A stretch of 63,882 nt of DNA, filler included, from Octopus bimaculoides (GCF_001194135.2; 5 parts of 4 records of this genome joined end to end with filler, not necessarily neighbours in it), one strand, 5' to 3'. Shown: positions 25,240-37,456, numbered from the whole stretch's first letter. Notes: generated by a model not told the origin, from the sequence alone. Numbers and translations are program-made.

Positions 25240-27500
25240 TTATCATGAGAGTATAGATATACTATTTGACATAGTAAAGCTACACAATTTTAATTTAAAA
25301 AATGAGGAACAAATAATATTCAACGCCATAATACCTTTGTACATTAGTATATCTTGTACTTCACCGTTGCCATGGAGCTTCAAATTATCCAAGAAGAGAC
25401 GATGGTTGTTTCTGCATGATTTTCTCTTGAACTGATATCCCAGGTTTACTTTTCTCGGTGCCAAGGTCAGAGGAAAATCTTACTCTTGATACCTAGGTTG
25501 TCCAAACTTTGTCCGTGCGATGTCAACTCAGTTTTCCAGCCCTCCATATATCTCTTAGGAAAACACATTACTTACAATTTCAAACATATTCATGCACTCA
25601 TTGATCGTCCAATATGTAATCAGAAGAGCGGCGAGCTGGCAGAATCGGTAGCACGCCGAGTGAAATGCTTAACGGTATTTGGTCGGTCTTTAAATTATGA
25701 GTTTAAATTACGGTCAACTTTGCCTTTCATCCTTTCGGGGTCGATTAAATAAGTACCAGTTATGCACTGGGGTCAATTTAATCGACTTAATCCCTTTGTT
25801 TGTCCCCTCTATGTTAAGCCTCTTGTGGGTAATAAAGAAATAAGAAACGTTATCACGCCGGGTGAAATGCATAGTGGTATTTCGTCTGTCTTTACATTCT
25901 GAGTTCAAATTCTGCCGAGGTCGACTTTGCCTTTCATCGTTTCGTGGTCGATTAAATAAGTACCAATTATACACTGGGACCGATGTAATCGACTTAATAT
26001 CTTTGTCTCTCCTTGTTTGTCCCCTCTATCTTTAGCCCCCTGTGGGAAATAAAGGGATTAGCATGTCATCATAACGTAAGCTTTGGTGTAATTATTCCAG
26101 GACTTTCCCAAATATATCCGCCTTCGCTTACAATTTCGCATTACTAATTTGTCTATCAATAATTGATCATTGGTACCTCTGCATTTTCTCCTGCATTCTT
26201 TTATTTACCATTGATAGAATGTCGTTCTGATCAAGAAATTTCCATTTATCTACTGCAATCCCTCCTGGCAGTAACTTCCCCATCAATGGAAGTCATGAAA
26301 TTGGCCTGTAATTATCGGCAGTATTTCCTTCTCATATATCTTTCAAGCAGAAAACCATTTTTCCTTTGGTCAACCCTCCTGGATATTAGTTCTCTCCCAC
26401 CAATCAATTCATTAAATTGCTCTGCAATCAATTCGTTCACCCACTGAACTTTTGAACAAAAATTTCTGTAGGCCGTCTAGCCTTACCGCTTTTCAGTTGA
26501 TCATAGTTTTGTCTACATTTCTGATACTGTCCTCGATAAAGAGGGTAGTTTTTTGCTGGGGATATGAAGTCGTTCGCCTCCTGCTGCAAAGCCACTCAAT
26601 TCCAGTATAATGTTGTTCTTACTTACTACATATATCACCCAGCAAACTATCGGTGTTCATCTACATTAAGAACTAGTCTTTTGCATACTAAAGTATCATT
26701 AATTTCCTGATAAAATAATTTTGATCGATAGCAAACAACTTGTTTGCTGGTAATGTTTAATTCGTTGATCAATCCTAAGTAGATTTGGTTTCTTGCTATG
26801 TATGCGCTGCTTCAGTTCTTCAATTGCAATATGCTCTGTTATCAAGACCAAACTTCTTCAATTTTTCGAATTTACAAGACTTCTTCCATTTCCCTTTTAT
26901 ATTCATATCAAGTATTCACACTACAATGTTCAGAGAGGTTATATCTTCTGATATTCTCCATTTCCACCAAGGTTGTTTATTTCATTTTCTTTCCGTCAAT
27001 CTTCTGTTCCCATTCATCTTCAATACCATCCTTTCTACGGCAATCCAAATTGTACCGTTGATGAGTTTATTTGTTTGTGAAGTGTACTTTTGATATTGGC
27101 TAAGTCTGTCACGTCTTGATTTATATTCTTCTGGTTCTAAGACTTTACATTCACAGATTAGATAGTCAACTGCTTCAATAACATCGTTGCAGAATCCGTA
27201 TTTTCAATCTACTCCATTATTCCTCACATTGGCATAGTAGTTCCTGATCAGTAAACTTTGACCTTGAGCAGCTTAGATGTAGCTTTTGTTCTCTGCCTTT
27301 AGTCCTGAGTTCTGTAGCTACTCATGAAAGTGCTTCTGATCAATGTTAGCTAGTTTGCTACAGGTCACATATTTGGCACGCAGGACGTTTTGCTCCACAT
27401 TATCAGCCAATTTTTCTTATGCTTTTTCTCTTTGTCCTTGATTTCACTTTCTTTGCAAAAAACAGTTTCTCACGTTCCTCATGCAGTTCAGCCTGAGTAT
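25240..27500 (-). mobile_element. Decayed R4/Dong-like non-LTR retrotransposon (N-terminal domain plus RT), interrupted by a SINE dimer
   Basis: Minus-strand translations AIEELKQRI...DQRIKHYQQ..LFAIDQKLFYQEIN, CRRKCRGTNDQLLIDKLVMRNCKRR and GYQFKRKSCRNNHRLFLDNLKLHG (decayed HLLFMDDLKL). Confidence 0.75.
25627..26060 (+). mobile_element. Tandem dimer of SINE family A nested in the Dong-like element
   Basis: A full head GCGGCGAGCTGGCAGAATCGGTAGCACGCCG, then a second unit starting AAGAAACGTTATCACGCCGGGTGAAATGC at ~25841. Confidence 0.8.
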
Positions 27501-27956
27501 CAATAGCAATTTTATTTGCTCTCCTTCTTGACATTATGGAGATTTTTATGCCCCTAGTGCTTATTATTATTATTACTGAGACTCCTTCCACAATTTTCAG
27601 AGCCAAATCAGGACCTGTTTCAACTTTAATATGCTTCGACGCCAAAACAAGTGAGAATAAAAGATTTCTTAAGAAAATATCGAAAACTCCATTCTTATTT
27701 ACGTAAATGTCAAATAATTTAGAATATGTTTTTCATGGTAAAAATTATTCTAAATTGCCACGTATATGAAAAGTGATAAATGTTTCATAATTTAGTTACC
27801 AGAGCGAGTATCAGAAACTTATAAAATCTTTTATAAAGGGCGAATTTTTAATTTGAATTTAAAACAACTTAAAACTATTTACAAATATGACAGAATAACG
27901 CCCATCTCATTAGAGTTATTTCGAGATTGCTTATCGCATTATCAGTATCATATTAA

Positions 27957-28170
27957 GGGGCGAGCTGGCAGGATAGATAGAACACCGAACAACATGCATA
28001 GAGGCATTTGGTCTGCCTTAACTTCATGAGTTCAAAATACGCCGAGGTTGACTTTGCTTTTCCTCCTTTTGAGGACCATAATATAAGCAGGAGCTGAGTA
28101 CTGTAATTGATGTTATCGAATCAAAACCGAACCAGAAATTGCTTTTCACGTGCCAAACATTGAAATCAAT
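27957..28170 (+). mobile_element. SINE family A (degenerate)
   Basis: GGGGCGAGCTGGCAGGATAG...GAGTTCAAAATACGCCGAGGTTGACTTTGC. Confidence 0.65.
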
Positions 28171-29217
28171 ATTATTCTATATTTGATTGATCCAAAAATC
28201 CTCATTAAAATGTCATAAACTCCATGGGATTTAAACCCAGATGTATAACAAGTACACTTCACTATAATAACGGAAATATTTCTACAATAATAATCTATTA
28301 ATATGTCTGTTTAGTTTTATAAATATGGATGTTAAAAATATAGTCACTGTATTATTTGTAGTAAACAGTATATTTTTGGTCACTTGAAGAACCATAAATT
28401 ATGTTCTAAATGACTTCTTAAAAGCTTCCTTTTATAGACTTTAAAAAGTATGGCAACAAATGGAGTTGATTAAACACTTTAACATAAATCCAGGAATAAT
28501 AAATATAGATTTTGTACATATATGGTTACTTTCTCAGTCAGATGTTTAATAGGATTAAATGTGTAAAAGGCATGAATGAATATATATATTTATTTACACT
28601 ATCAATGTACGCACATACACATATACACATTACGAAAAACAAAGCCAGATACAAAACACATGCACATATATACATTAAGACGACACACATACTCATACAT
28701 GTGGACGAAGACCACGTCTTCTGATGCAGGAGCCTACAAATGCTATTAATTCAAATATATTGAAGTTTCTTTTGTAATGAATATAAAGAGAAAAACAAAA
28801 AAGATGCACGCGCGTGCGACAGTTATACACTCACGCACGCAGAACTACGAAGAGAAGTATACAAAATAATACATACGTATGCTTTGAGATATATATATAT
28901 ATATATATACATATATATATGTGTGCGTGTGTGTGTGTCTTCCAGTGTGTGTATTCGTCTGTGCTTGTGTGTCTCGCTTTCTCCACCAGAACAGCCTGAC
29001 AACTGGTATTAATGCGTCTGCATCCACGTAACATAGCGGCTCGTTAAAGCGGAGTCACAGAATAAGTGGCAGTTATTAAAAAAAATAAGCAACAACAACT
29101 ACTGGGGTCGTCTCGCAGAATTAAAATTCTTTACGTTGGTGACCCAGCAGGGACACAGTCTAATGACACAAAGAGAAAGATAAATGATAATACATACATG
29201 TATATGGACAGACAGAC

Positions 29218-29250
<33 letters not shown>

Positions 29251-29357
29251 CATAGACAGATAATTACATAGGTATATAGACAGATAAACAGAGATTTAGA
29301 TATATGTATATATNNNNNNNNNNNNNNNNNNNNNNNNNNNNNNNNNNNNNNNNNNNN

Positions 29358-29369
29358 TTAATTAATTAA
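29358..29369. other. Assembly spacer TTAATTAATTAA centred in a 100-bp gap (also 43282-43293, 52480-52491, 62407-62418)
   Basis: The same 12-mer is embedded in N runs four times (44 N + 12 + 44 N at 29314-29413) and has stop codons in all six frames. Confidence 0.9.
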
Positions 29370-29572
29370 NNNNNNNNNNNNNNNNNNNNNNNNNNNNNNN
29401 NNNNNNNNNNNNNTATATATATATCTGTAGACAGACAGACAGACAGAGAGATAGATAGATAGATAGATATCCGAGTTCGTATGATTGTGTATAGAACAAT
29501 ATATTAATCAATGAAATATCATCTTAGTCTGATTTTCAGTTTTTATTATTTTTACAATTTTACAATATTGAA

Positions 29573-29614
29573 ATAAACTAATACGTTCATACGTTACGCA
29601 ATCACCAGGTTTAT
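29573..29614 (-). ncRNA. Hammerhead motif in left arm (core mutated)
   Basis: Minus strand reads ATAAAC-CTGGTGA-TTGCG(TAA)CGTAT-GAAC-GTAT-T-A-GTTTAT. Helix I is a perfect 6 bp, but A6G and A15.1C substitutions are present. Confidence 0.6.
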
Positions 29615-29723
29615 TTAGTGACAGTTGTGTTCCACAACTGACAACTGTGTCAATCACATAATCTTCACATGTTGTTGCCAGCCAAGTTGTATAATGTCAT
29701 TTGTGAAACACGACTGTCATTGC

Positions 29724-29765
29724 ATAAACCTGATGATTGCGTAACGCATGAAAGTACTAGCTTAT
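29724..29765 (+). ncRNA. Minimal type-I hammerhead motif in right arm (canonical core)
   Basis: ATAAAC-CTGATGA-TTGCG(TAA)CGCAT-GAA-AGTACT-A-GCTTAT: palindromic helix III AGTACT, a CUA site after 29759 and one helix I mismatch. Confidence 0.75.
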
Positions 29766-29840
29766 TCCAGTATTGTAAAATTGTAAAAATTGCAGATACT
29801 AAAGCGTGAAAATCAGACTAAGTTGGAATTTCATTGATTA

Positions 29841-29872
<32 letters not shown>

Positions 29873-30230
29873 GTATGTAAGTATGTATGTACTTATGTAT
29901 GAATATATATATGCATGTAATATATATACATACCTACAAACACGCGCGCACGCACGCACACACACATATATGTATGTATGTATGTATGTATGCATGTATA
30001 TCGAAATAATATACACTTTATTTTAATGCCTTCGAGGATTCCCAACAGAGAGTATTGCTTTTTATAGCAGAAATAGCTGTTAGTTAATGAAGTTGATTTT
30101 GTGATTGCTGTTCCCTTATCATTCATCGATTAACATTACGCGTTGTATTTGTCCAATGCTTTACTCGAAAGAATATGTAAATTGAGTTCTAGCAACTGGT
30201 CGTTATTATCCCTATGCCTAAACGAAATCC

Positions 30231-30234
<4 letters not shown>

Positions 30235-30296
<62 letters not shown>

Positions 30297-30335
30297 GTCT
30301 GTCTGTCTGTCTGTCTGCCTGTCTGTCTGCCTGCC

Positions 30336-30383
<48 letters not shown>

Positions 30384-30425
30384 AGTCTGTCTTCCTGCCT
30401 GCCTGTCTGCCTGCCTGTCTGTCTT

Positions 30426-30494
<69 letters not shown>

Positions 30495-30559
30495 ACATAC
30501 ATACATACATACGCACACACACACACATACATACATACATACATACATACATACATACA

Positions 30560-30590
<31 letters not shown>
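30235..30590. repeat. Compound (CTAT)n/(CTGT)n/(CATA)n microsatellite
   Basis: Direct reading. Confidence 0.95.
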
Positions 30591-30592
<2 letters not shown>

Positions 30593-31176
30593 GCATACAT
30601 ACAACTGTAACGGTTATTATATGGCAGTCGATTGCAGAAGTTGTCGCAGACATGTAGATTACTTTGCAGTAATCGTTCTGATTCTGTATGTTCTGTATCC
30701 AAATCTTACAGACGCCAACATTCTCTTTTGTCTTTTCGGGGTCAATAAATAAAGTACCAGTCCTGTACAAGAATTGATTCTTCTATTTGTTTCTGTCTGT
30801 CGGACTTCATCTCTTCGGGAAGAAATCGCCCGTAGTTAGATCTGAAGAAGAATTGGCTCCTCCAGGTCAAAAAACTGTCCAAGACTCGCCGTCTCATGAC
30901 GGCGCCTCCTACAACTCTATCAAGTATTTGAGAGACTAAGGCAAAGCAGAAGTGGTTATTATAAACAGCTAATGTTTTAAAATACACGTCACACATTATA
31001 TCATTATATATGTGTGTGTGAGAATGTGCATAAGTAAAAAAAGATATTGGTAGATAATGCATACTATTGTACGCTAATATTTGTCGTATAGCTTCAAATA
31101 AACGTTATATTCGTATTCGTACGTCTTTTCATAGTAATGACTTAGGATAACAGTTAAATTTTCTTTGATATCACAG

Positions 31177-31273
31177 ACGGCGTATATTTGAGGAAGAATT
31201 AGCGAAGATGCTTTGGAAAGTAGATTATAACGAAATTCGCCTTTCCACTGTGAATAAAAAGTCTGACAGTCAG
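31177..31273 (+). CDS. Receptor guanylyl cyclase, juxtamembrane exon
   Basis: Acceptor ...ttgatatcacag|A and donor CAG|gtagg. It translates (R)RRIFEEELAKMLWKVDYNEIRLSTVNKKSDSQ, matching the ELxxMLWKI juxtamembrane motif of natriuretic-peptide-receptor-like GCs; phase 2 to 0. Confidence 0.88.
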
Positions 31274-31629
31274 GTAGGTGCACTGTATGACTAAGGCTGG
31301 AGAGTGGAAGAGAGAAAGGAAGCTATTCTTACACCCGTTACGATGTCTGAGTGTTTGTAAGTGAGAACTCCACGAAAAACACTAAAGACCCAGGTCGTTG
31401 TGTTAAACCGAGCGATAGGTAACATCGAATACTCCTGAACAGGAACGATAACTCCGACGGGCTTCAACAGAGTTTTGTCAAAATATTTCTCAGAAAGCTT
31501 CTGTCGACTCGAAGCTATGACAGAATGCACTTGCTCAAGGTGCCGCGCAATGGTGGGATCAAGCCCCAAATTTCATAGCTGTTAAGTGAACTTCTAAATC
31601 AAGCTTCTGTGACTAAAACTAGAAAAAGA

Positions 31630-31790
31630 ATATCAGAATATAATGGTTGTGTGATTAAGAAGCTTGTTTTACAACCGATGATTTCGGGTTCGGTCCCACA
31701 GTGCGGTACATTTGGCAAAAGTCTTCGACTATAACCCAAGGCCGACCAAAGCATTGTGAGTGGGTTCATCAGGCGGAAACTGAATTGCAC
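31630..31790 (+). mobile_element. SINE family B head
   Basis: GGTTGTGTGATTAAGAAGCTTG...GGTTCGGTCCCACAGTGCGGTACATTTGGCAAAAGTCTTCGACTATA...GCCGACCAAAGC. Confidence 0.65.
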
Positions 31791-32644
31791 GGTGATCGCT
31801 ATAAGCTTTAAGCTTATATAAAAGTACTATTATATATATATATATATATATATATNNNNNNNNNNNNNNNNNNNNNNNNNNNNNNNNNNNNNNNNNNNNN
31901 NNNNNNNNNNNNNNNNNNNNNNNNNNNNNNNNNNNNNNNNNNNNNNNNNNNNNNNNNNNNNNNNNNNNNNNNNNNNNNNNNNNNNNNNNNNNNNNNNNNN
32001 NNNNNNNNNNNNNNNNNNNNNNNNNNNNNNNNNNNNNNNNNNNNNNNNNNNNNNNNNNNNNNNNNNNNNNNNNNNNNNNNNNNNNNNNNNNNNNNNNNNN
32101 NNNNNNNNNNNNNNNNNNNNNNNNNNNNNNNNNNNNNNNNNNNNNNNNNNNNNNNNNNNNNNNNNNNNNNNNNNNNNNNNNNNNNNNNNNNNNNNNNNNN
32201 NNNNNNNNNNNNCGATGAAGTAAATACCAGGCTCGAAAAATAAGTACTGGGGTTCGACTAAAACACTCCGTGGCGGTGCTCCAACAAAGCCAGAGTCCAA
32301 TGACTGGAATATATAAAAGATAAAAGATTGATGTTCTGAAAAAATTTCCCCGAAGAATTATTTCCAAGAAATATCAATGAAAATAACATTGCAGTATACT
32401 AAGCAGATCGGAGTGAAAGAAAAAAAAGGCGTTGGTCTGATGTGATTTCGCTTAACTGTGAATTGAAACTTCGTTGTCTAAATAGCTTCCCGACGACTTT
32501 CTACAATAATATCCGTATGCAAAATGCAGTAGAATGAGACGATGTGGAGACCAGAATCTTTATGTTGTTAACCTCTCAAATTATGAATCGAGTCGTGTGT
32601 AACTTTTATGACTAATAAAATTGTTGCTATATTATCAATTGCAG

Positions 32645-32815
32645 GTTAGTTTTAAAACGCAATCGTTGGAAAGAGATGGTTCCACTTTGAGTTTGTCCAA
32701 TCCTCAGCCACACATGTTTACAATGGGCTACTACAGGGGTATAGTGGTCGCCATTAAACGTGTTTGTAAAAGTCACGTGGCTCTCAGCAGATCTGATCAT
32801 TTAGAATTCAAACAG
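32645..32815 (+). CDS. Receptor guanylyl cyclase, kinase-homology domain exon 1
   Basis: aattgcag|GTT...AAACAG|gtaag, 171 nt. It encodes VSFKTQSLERDGSTLSLSNPQPHMFTMGYYRGIVVAIKRVCKSHVALSRSDHLEFKQ, with the VAIK motif. Confidence 0.93.
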
Positions 32816-32873
32816 GTAAGAGCAGTCAAATCATGTAACAGGCTACCATATCATTATTAATATTTTTCTGTTG

Positions 32874-33091
32874 GAAGGCGGCGAGCTAGCAGAAACGTTA
32901 GCACGCCGGGCGAAATGCTTAGCGATATTTCGTCTGTCTTTACGTTCTAAGTTCAAATTCCGCCGAGGTCGACTTGGCCTTTCATCCTTTCGGGGTCGAT
33001 AAATTAAGTACCTGTTGCGTACTGGAGTCGACTTAATCGACTGCTTTCCCCACAAAGAAAAACTTTGGGCCTTGTGCCTAGAGAAGAAAAG
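32874..33091 (+). mobile_element. Full-length SINE family A with 15-bp TSD
   Basis: TSD AATATTTTTCTGTTG at 32859-32873 and 33092-33106; A-box-like head and B-box AAGTTCAAATTCC. Confidence 0.9.
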
Positions 33092-33114
33092 AATATTTTT
33101 CTGTTGTATGTTTA

Positions 33115-33169
<55 letters not shown>

Positions 33170-33972
33170 TAGGGTAAAAATCGGATATTAATTGATATCG
33201 ATTTATTACCAGGAAGCTAGCACATTGAAAGAATCCGAGAGATTAAGAAAAAATATCTGAGATCTAAGATATATTTTTATATATATAAAGTTGACCAGTA
33301 AAGTGGACATTTAATATGCTAGAAATAGATCACATGTTGTGTCTACTAAGACCTAGTAGTTCTCAAAAGAAATTCAGCGAAATACCAAACCGTAAGCGGG
33401 CAAGACATTGAAAATTAACTTGTCCGAAGCTAATAGTAAGCCTCATCGCTACGAAGAGTTTCTTGCTTATTGCATTCTTCTAACGCAAGTTACTATATGA
33501 TGGATCATACCTTATTTTCATTGGTTACAGCAAGTCTTTTGTTTAAATAGTTACTGGGAGGTAACTCAGTAAATTCAATGTTTATAGGGGGCGTCGCTCT
33601 GTAGATTTATAATGCTGGTTCATAGATTTATAGATGCTGGTTTATATACTTTTAGATTCAAGGGGAGCTTACTCTACATATTTTATACTAATTATCCTAA
33701 TTCTATTTCAAGATCTTTGAGGGGCTATCATTTTCTATGAAGACTTCAGTCTTCTGACATCCAATCTTTGCTATTTAAGCCAGTATCCCTTGGTACTACT
33801 AATATATGATATTTTTCTGCAATGCATTAGTTGCATCAACTTGTTGCGTTTACATACAGATATTGTATTAACTGATTCTCCTTTATTTTCTTTTACCCAA
33901 AGCCAGAAACTGTTCAGCTTCCCTTCGTATATATCATGCGTACAATTTTCCTCTACTCATTCTTTTTTCCAG

Positions 33973-34077
33973 ATGCGAGATCTGAGTCACGAAAATATTA
34001 ACCTATTTATTGGATCATGCGTTGATCCACCAAATTTGTGCGTTTTGTTTGCTTATTGTTCAAAGGGAAGTCTGCAG
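33973..34077 (+). CDS. Receptor guanylyl cyclase, kinase-homology domain exon 2
   Basis: ttttttccag|ATG...CTGCAG|gtcagt, 105 nt. It encodes MRDLSHENINLFIGSCVDPPNLCVLFAYCSKGSLQ (compare NPR [32 protein letters not shown]). Confidence 0.95.
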
Positions 34078-34373
34078 GTCAGTAACGCTGTTTTTTTTTT
34101 TAATTTGAGGGTTTTAGTGGTATTGTGGTAATTGTTGAATAATAAATAAATGAATAAATGATGATGATGATGGTGATGGTGGTGGTGGTAATGATGATTT
34201 CTCTTGTTGACCACAAATGTCCAAATGCTTGACCACAAATGTCCATGACGTTGAGGACAATGTAAAATGGCGNNNNNNNNNNNNNNNNNNNNNNNNNNNN
34301 NNNNNNNNNNNNNNNNNNNNNNNNNNNNNNNNNNNNNNNNNNNNNNNNNNNNNNNNNNNNNNNNNNNNNNNNN

Positions 34374-34413
<40 letters not shown>

Positions 34414-34699
34414 CACACACACACACACAGAATTGGGGTTTACATAAATCAAAAGGAAGTCAACAAAAATATATAATAAAAGATATTCAAATAAATTTTA
34501 AATAATTTCAACCATACAAAATTAATAATTTGGAAGAAACTCCACAGAAAAAGACCCAGATTACTCTGCCATCTCTAAAGCATCGAAAGTGCCCTCTCAA
34601 AGTTCCTGTCATTTCATGTAGAAAAGTATCCCCAGAGTTAGACCCCTTCACAATCGCCTCCCTAGCTACTCACATTTTTCTCTTCAACATGATGTGGTA

Positions 34700-35570
34700 G
34701 ATGAGAGCTTGAATAGTTACGAAAATGCCTACCTTCAAGATTGTCAGATAAGTCCATCATGCAACTTATTTCGCTAACCCTATTCACCTGCAGAAAAAGG
34801 TTTGCCTTCCTTCACTATAGACTCGGAAGACAGCCGGATTCGCCCCACCTGCGACAACAGCTGTTCGACACAGTCCCACAAGTCACAGACACTGTACTGT
34901 TTCGTCGTCCTGCATGCATCTCAGACAAGTTGAGCTGTTGAAACGATGCATACCTTTAGAGCATGGAATTTTCTCCTTTAGTATTCCCGTGCTAAGGACT
35001 TTTGAAAGTTGTCCATAGTCCCCGACTATGCCGAGATTATGCTCTCATCGATGTCTTGAGTAATTTCCAGGTTATCACCACTCATACCTTCTCCTAACCC
35101 TAAATAGAAATCTAGAGTCCCCACCCCCAGTTAACGGCCTTTTCCATATGGCATTGTGCAGTGAGCATTATAGATGCCAAATGCCCAACTCGGCCTATGC
35201 TTGACCGATAAATGAAGCTCGTTCAAGGAGACGAGCTGTAGAAAGAGGTGTGGTACAAAAGATGCCTACACCGGTTCACCCTCATTTTCGTTATCGTTGT
35301 CGGCATCATCATCGTATCGGCCCAGATGTTTCTTCAGTTGCTTCCCTCTCAGTGTGTGCTGATACATCATCAAGAACGACCCCCTCGAGACCGCCATGGA
35401 GTGGGTGTTGGCAGCAGATGGATTTTCTGATCAGCGAAACCTGTCTCTTCTATAAGAAATAGAAAGACATGCTTTCCAACATGGTTAGATGTATACTTGT
35501 AACAAGGCACGACGGTCAGGCGGTAATACACCACCGAGGTAATGTATGTATTAGCAACTTCTGCCTCTAC
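34700..35570 (-). mobile_element. Tx1/L1-clade LINE remnant (post-RT region with C-terminal zinc finger)
   Basis: Minus-strand LSLKGQVEAEVANTYITSVVYYRLTVVPC, GTMDNFQKSLAR and RCMQDDETVQ...DLWDCVEQLLSQVGRIRLSSESIVK. Confidence 0.65.
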
Positions 35571-36364
35571 CTGACCTTTCAGAGACAGCTTCGACTAAGC
35601 CAATTTTAGTGTATGATAAGCCACTCAGCTTATCTCTTCCCATTTCCTACCCAACAGAAGCTCTGTTCCGAATCAGATTCCGAGGTCTAACAATAGAAAT
35701 CACCGCTCGCCAACAAAAATTACTTCCTCTAGTATTTAGTTGCACGTTCACTCTTGTCTTAGTTTATGTATGTTCCTATATATACTCAGTACCATTTCAA
35801 TGTAGTAGCAATTACTTTCATACATTCGAAATGTTCGACACTATGACAGTGACGTTGTCCACTATGCAGCACAGATCTTCTGTTAATTGATCCCAGCGGG
35901 ATAGCTCTTAAACTCTACAAAGGCTTCTGAGCCAAAACATACAGGGGAGAGAACTGAGGTTATTCTTAACGGACCGATATTCGATGTCAAACAGTTTTAA
36001 GATGTGCTCGGTTAATTTGACCACCGAATAGATACTGCTGTACAACGTGAATAATAATTGCTTCTGATATAGGTTCAAAAGTAGCAGTTATGAGAGGCGG
36101 GGGTTAGTCAATCACATTGATTTTAGTATTTGACTGGTACTTATTTGATCGACTGTGAAAGGATGGACGGCAAAGTCCATCCTTTCGAAGCAGATTTGGA
36201 ACTAAGAACGTAAAGAGCCCGAAGAAATGCTAGTAAACATTTTGTCTTACGCGCTAACTCACCACCTTAATAATAATAATATAATAACAACAACAACAAT
36301 AATAATATAACAACAACAACAACAACAACAATAATAATAATAATAACAACAACAACAACAACAA

Positions 36365-36560
36365 TCCTTCACAAGGCCTGAAATTTGGGGTTGAAGGATA
36401 ATCGATTACATCGACACCAGTGTCTCCACTGGTACTTAATTTATCAACCCCGAAAAGATGAAAGGCAAAGTCGACCTCGGTGGAATTTGAACTCAGAACA
36501 TAACAGAAGACGAAATGCTGCTAAGCATTTCGCACGGCGTGCTAACGATTCTGCCAGCTT
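36365..36560 (-). mobile_element. SINE family A adjacent to (AAC)/(AAT) microsatellites
   Basis: AGGCAAAGTCGACCTCGGTGGAATTTGAACTCAGAAC...GCTAACGATTCTGCCAGC. Confidence 0.85.
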
Positions 36561-36989
36561 GGTTGTGATGCATGTGCCTGGTGTACCCTTATCAGACGGG
36601 TAGTCATGATGGGTATACTGGGCTTCGTATATTTTACCCCAGTGTCACTTTGATGACATGCACTGCTCTCTCACTCAACAACAACAACAACAATAATAAT
36701 AATGGTTTCAAATTTTGCCACAAGGGCAGCCATTTTAGGGGAGGAGATGAGTCGGTTATTTCGACCCCAGTGTTTCACTGGTACTTAATTCATCNNNNNN
36801 NNNNNNNNNNNNNNNNNNNNNNNNNNNNNNNNNNNNNNNNNNNNNNNNNNNNNNNNNNNNNNNNNNNNNNNNNNNNNNNNNNNNNNNNNNNNNNNNNNNN
36901 NNNNNNNNNNNNNNNNNNNNNNNNNNNNNNNNNNNNNNNNNNNNNNNNNNNNNNNNNNNNNNNNNNNNNNNNNNNNNNNNNNNNNNNNN

Positions 36990-37026
<37 letters not shown>

Positions 37027-37028
<2 letters not shown>

Positions 37029-37396
37029 CTTTCTAATTGATGTATCAATACCAGCAGATGACAACGTTTCCCTAAAAGAAATGGAAAAACTTTCAAAATA
37101 CAAAGACCTGGAAATAGAGGTAACTCGAATGTGGAATCTAAAACCAGAAACAATTCCTATCATAGTAGGTGTCTTAGGTATAATAAAAGAATATTCAGAC
37201 AAATACATAACAAAAACACCAGGACTTACAAATATATATAACATACAGAAAATTGCACTACTGGGCACTGCACACATCCTACGCAAAACACTTTCAATAC
37301 AGTAACCATAAGAGCATCACAGCAAACCACAGCACACACCCAAGGCGCACAGTGCTGCGCTCGGTAGTGAAGTGAAAGCACGTTAAAAAAAAACTA

Positions 37397-37400
<4 letters not shown>
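37027..37400 (+). mobile_element. 5'-truncated R4/Dong-like retrotransposon 3' end (restriction-like endonuclease C-terminus) inserted in (TAA)n
   Basis: Uninterrupted frame CFLIDVSIPADDNVSLKEMEKLSKYKDLEIEVTRMWNLK..TIPIIVGVLG...IQKIALLGTAHILRKTL*, flanked on both sides by (TAA)n. Confidence 0.88.

Positions 37401-37456
<56 letters not shown>

Larger units (their letters stand above)
29523..29822. repeat. ~300-bp foldback element with ~115-bp inverted arms, each carrying a hammerhead motif
   Basis: CTTAGTCTGATTTTCA...TTTTTACAATTTTACAATA...CAGGTTTAT...GTGTTCCACAA mirrors TTGTGAAACAC...ATAAACCTG...TATTGTAAAATTGTAAAAA...TGAAAATCAGACTAAG. Confidence 0.9.
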
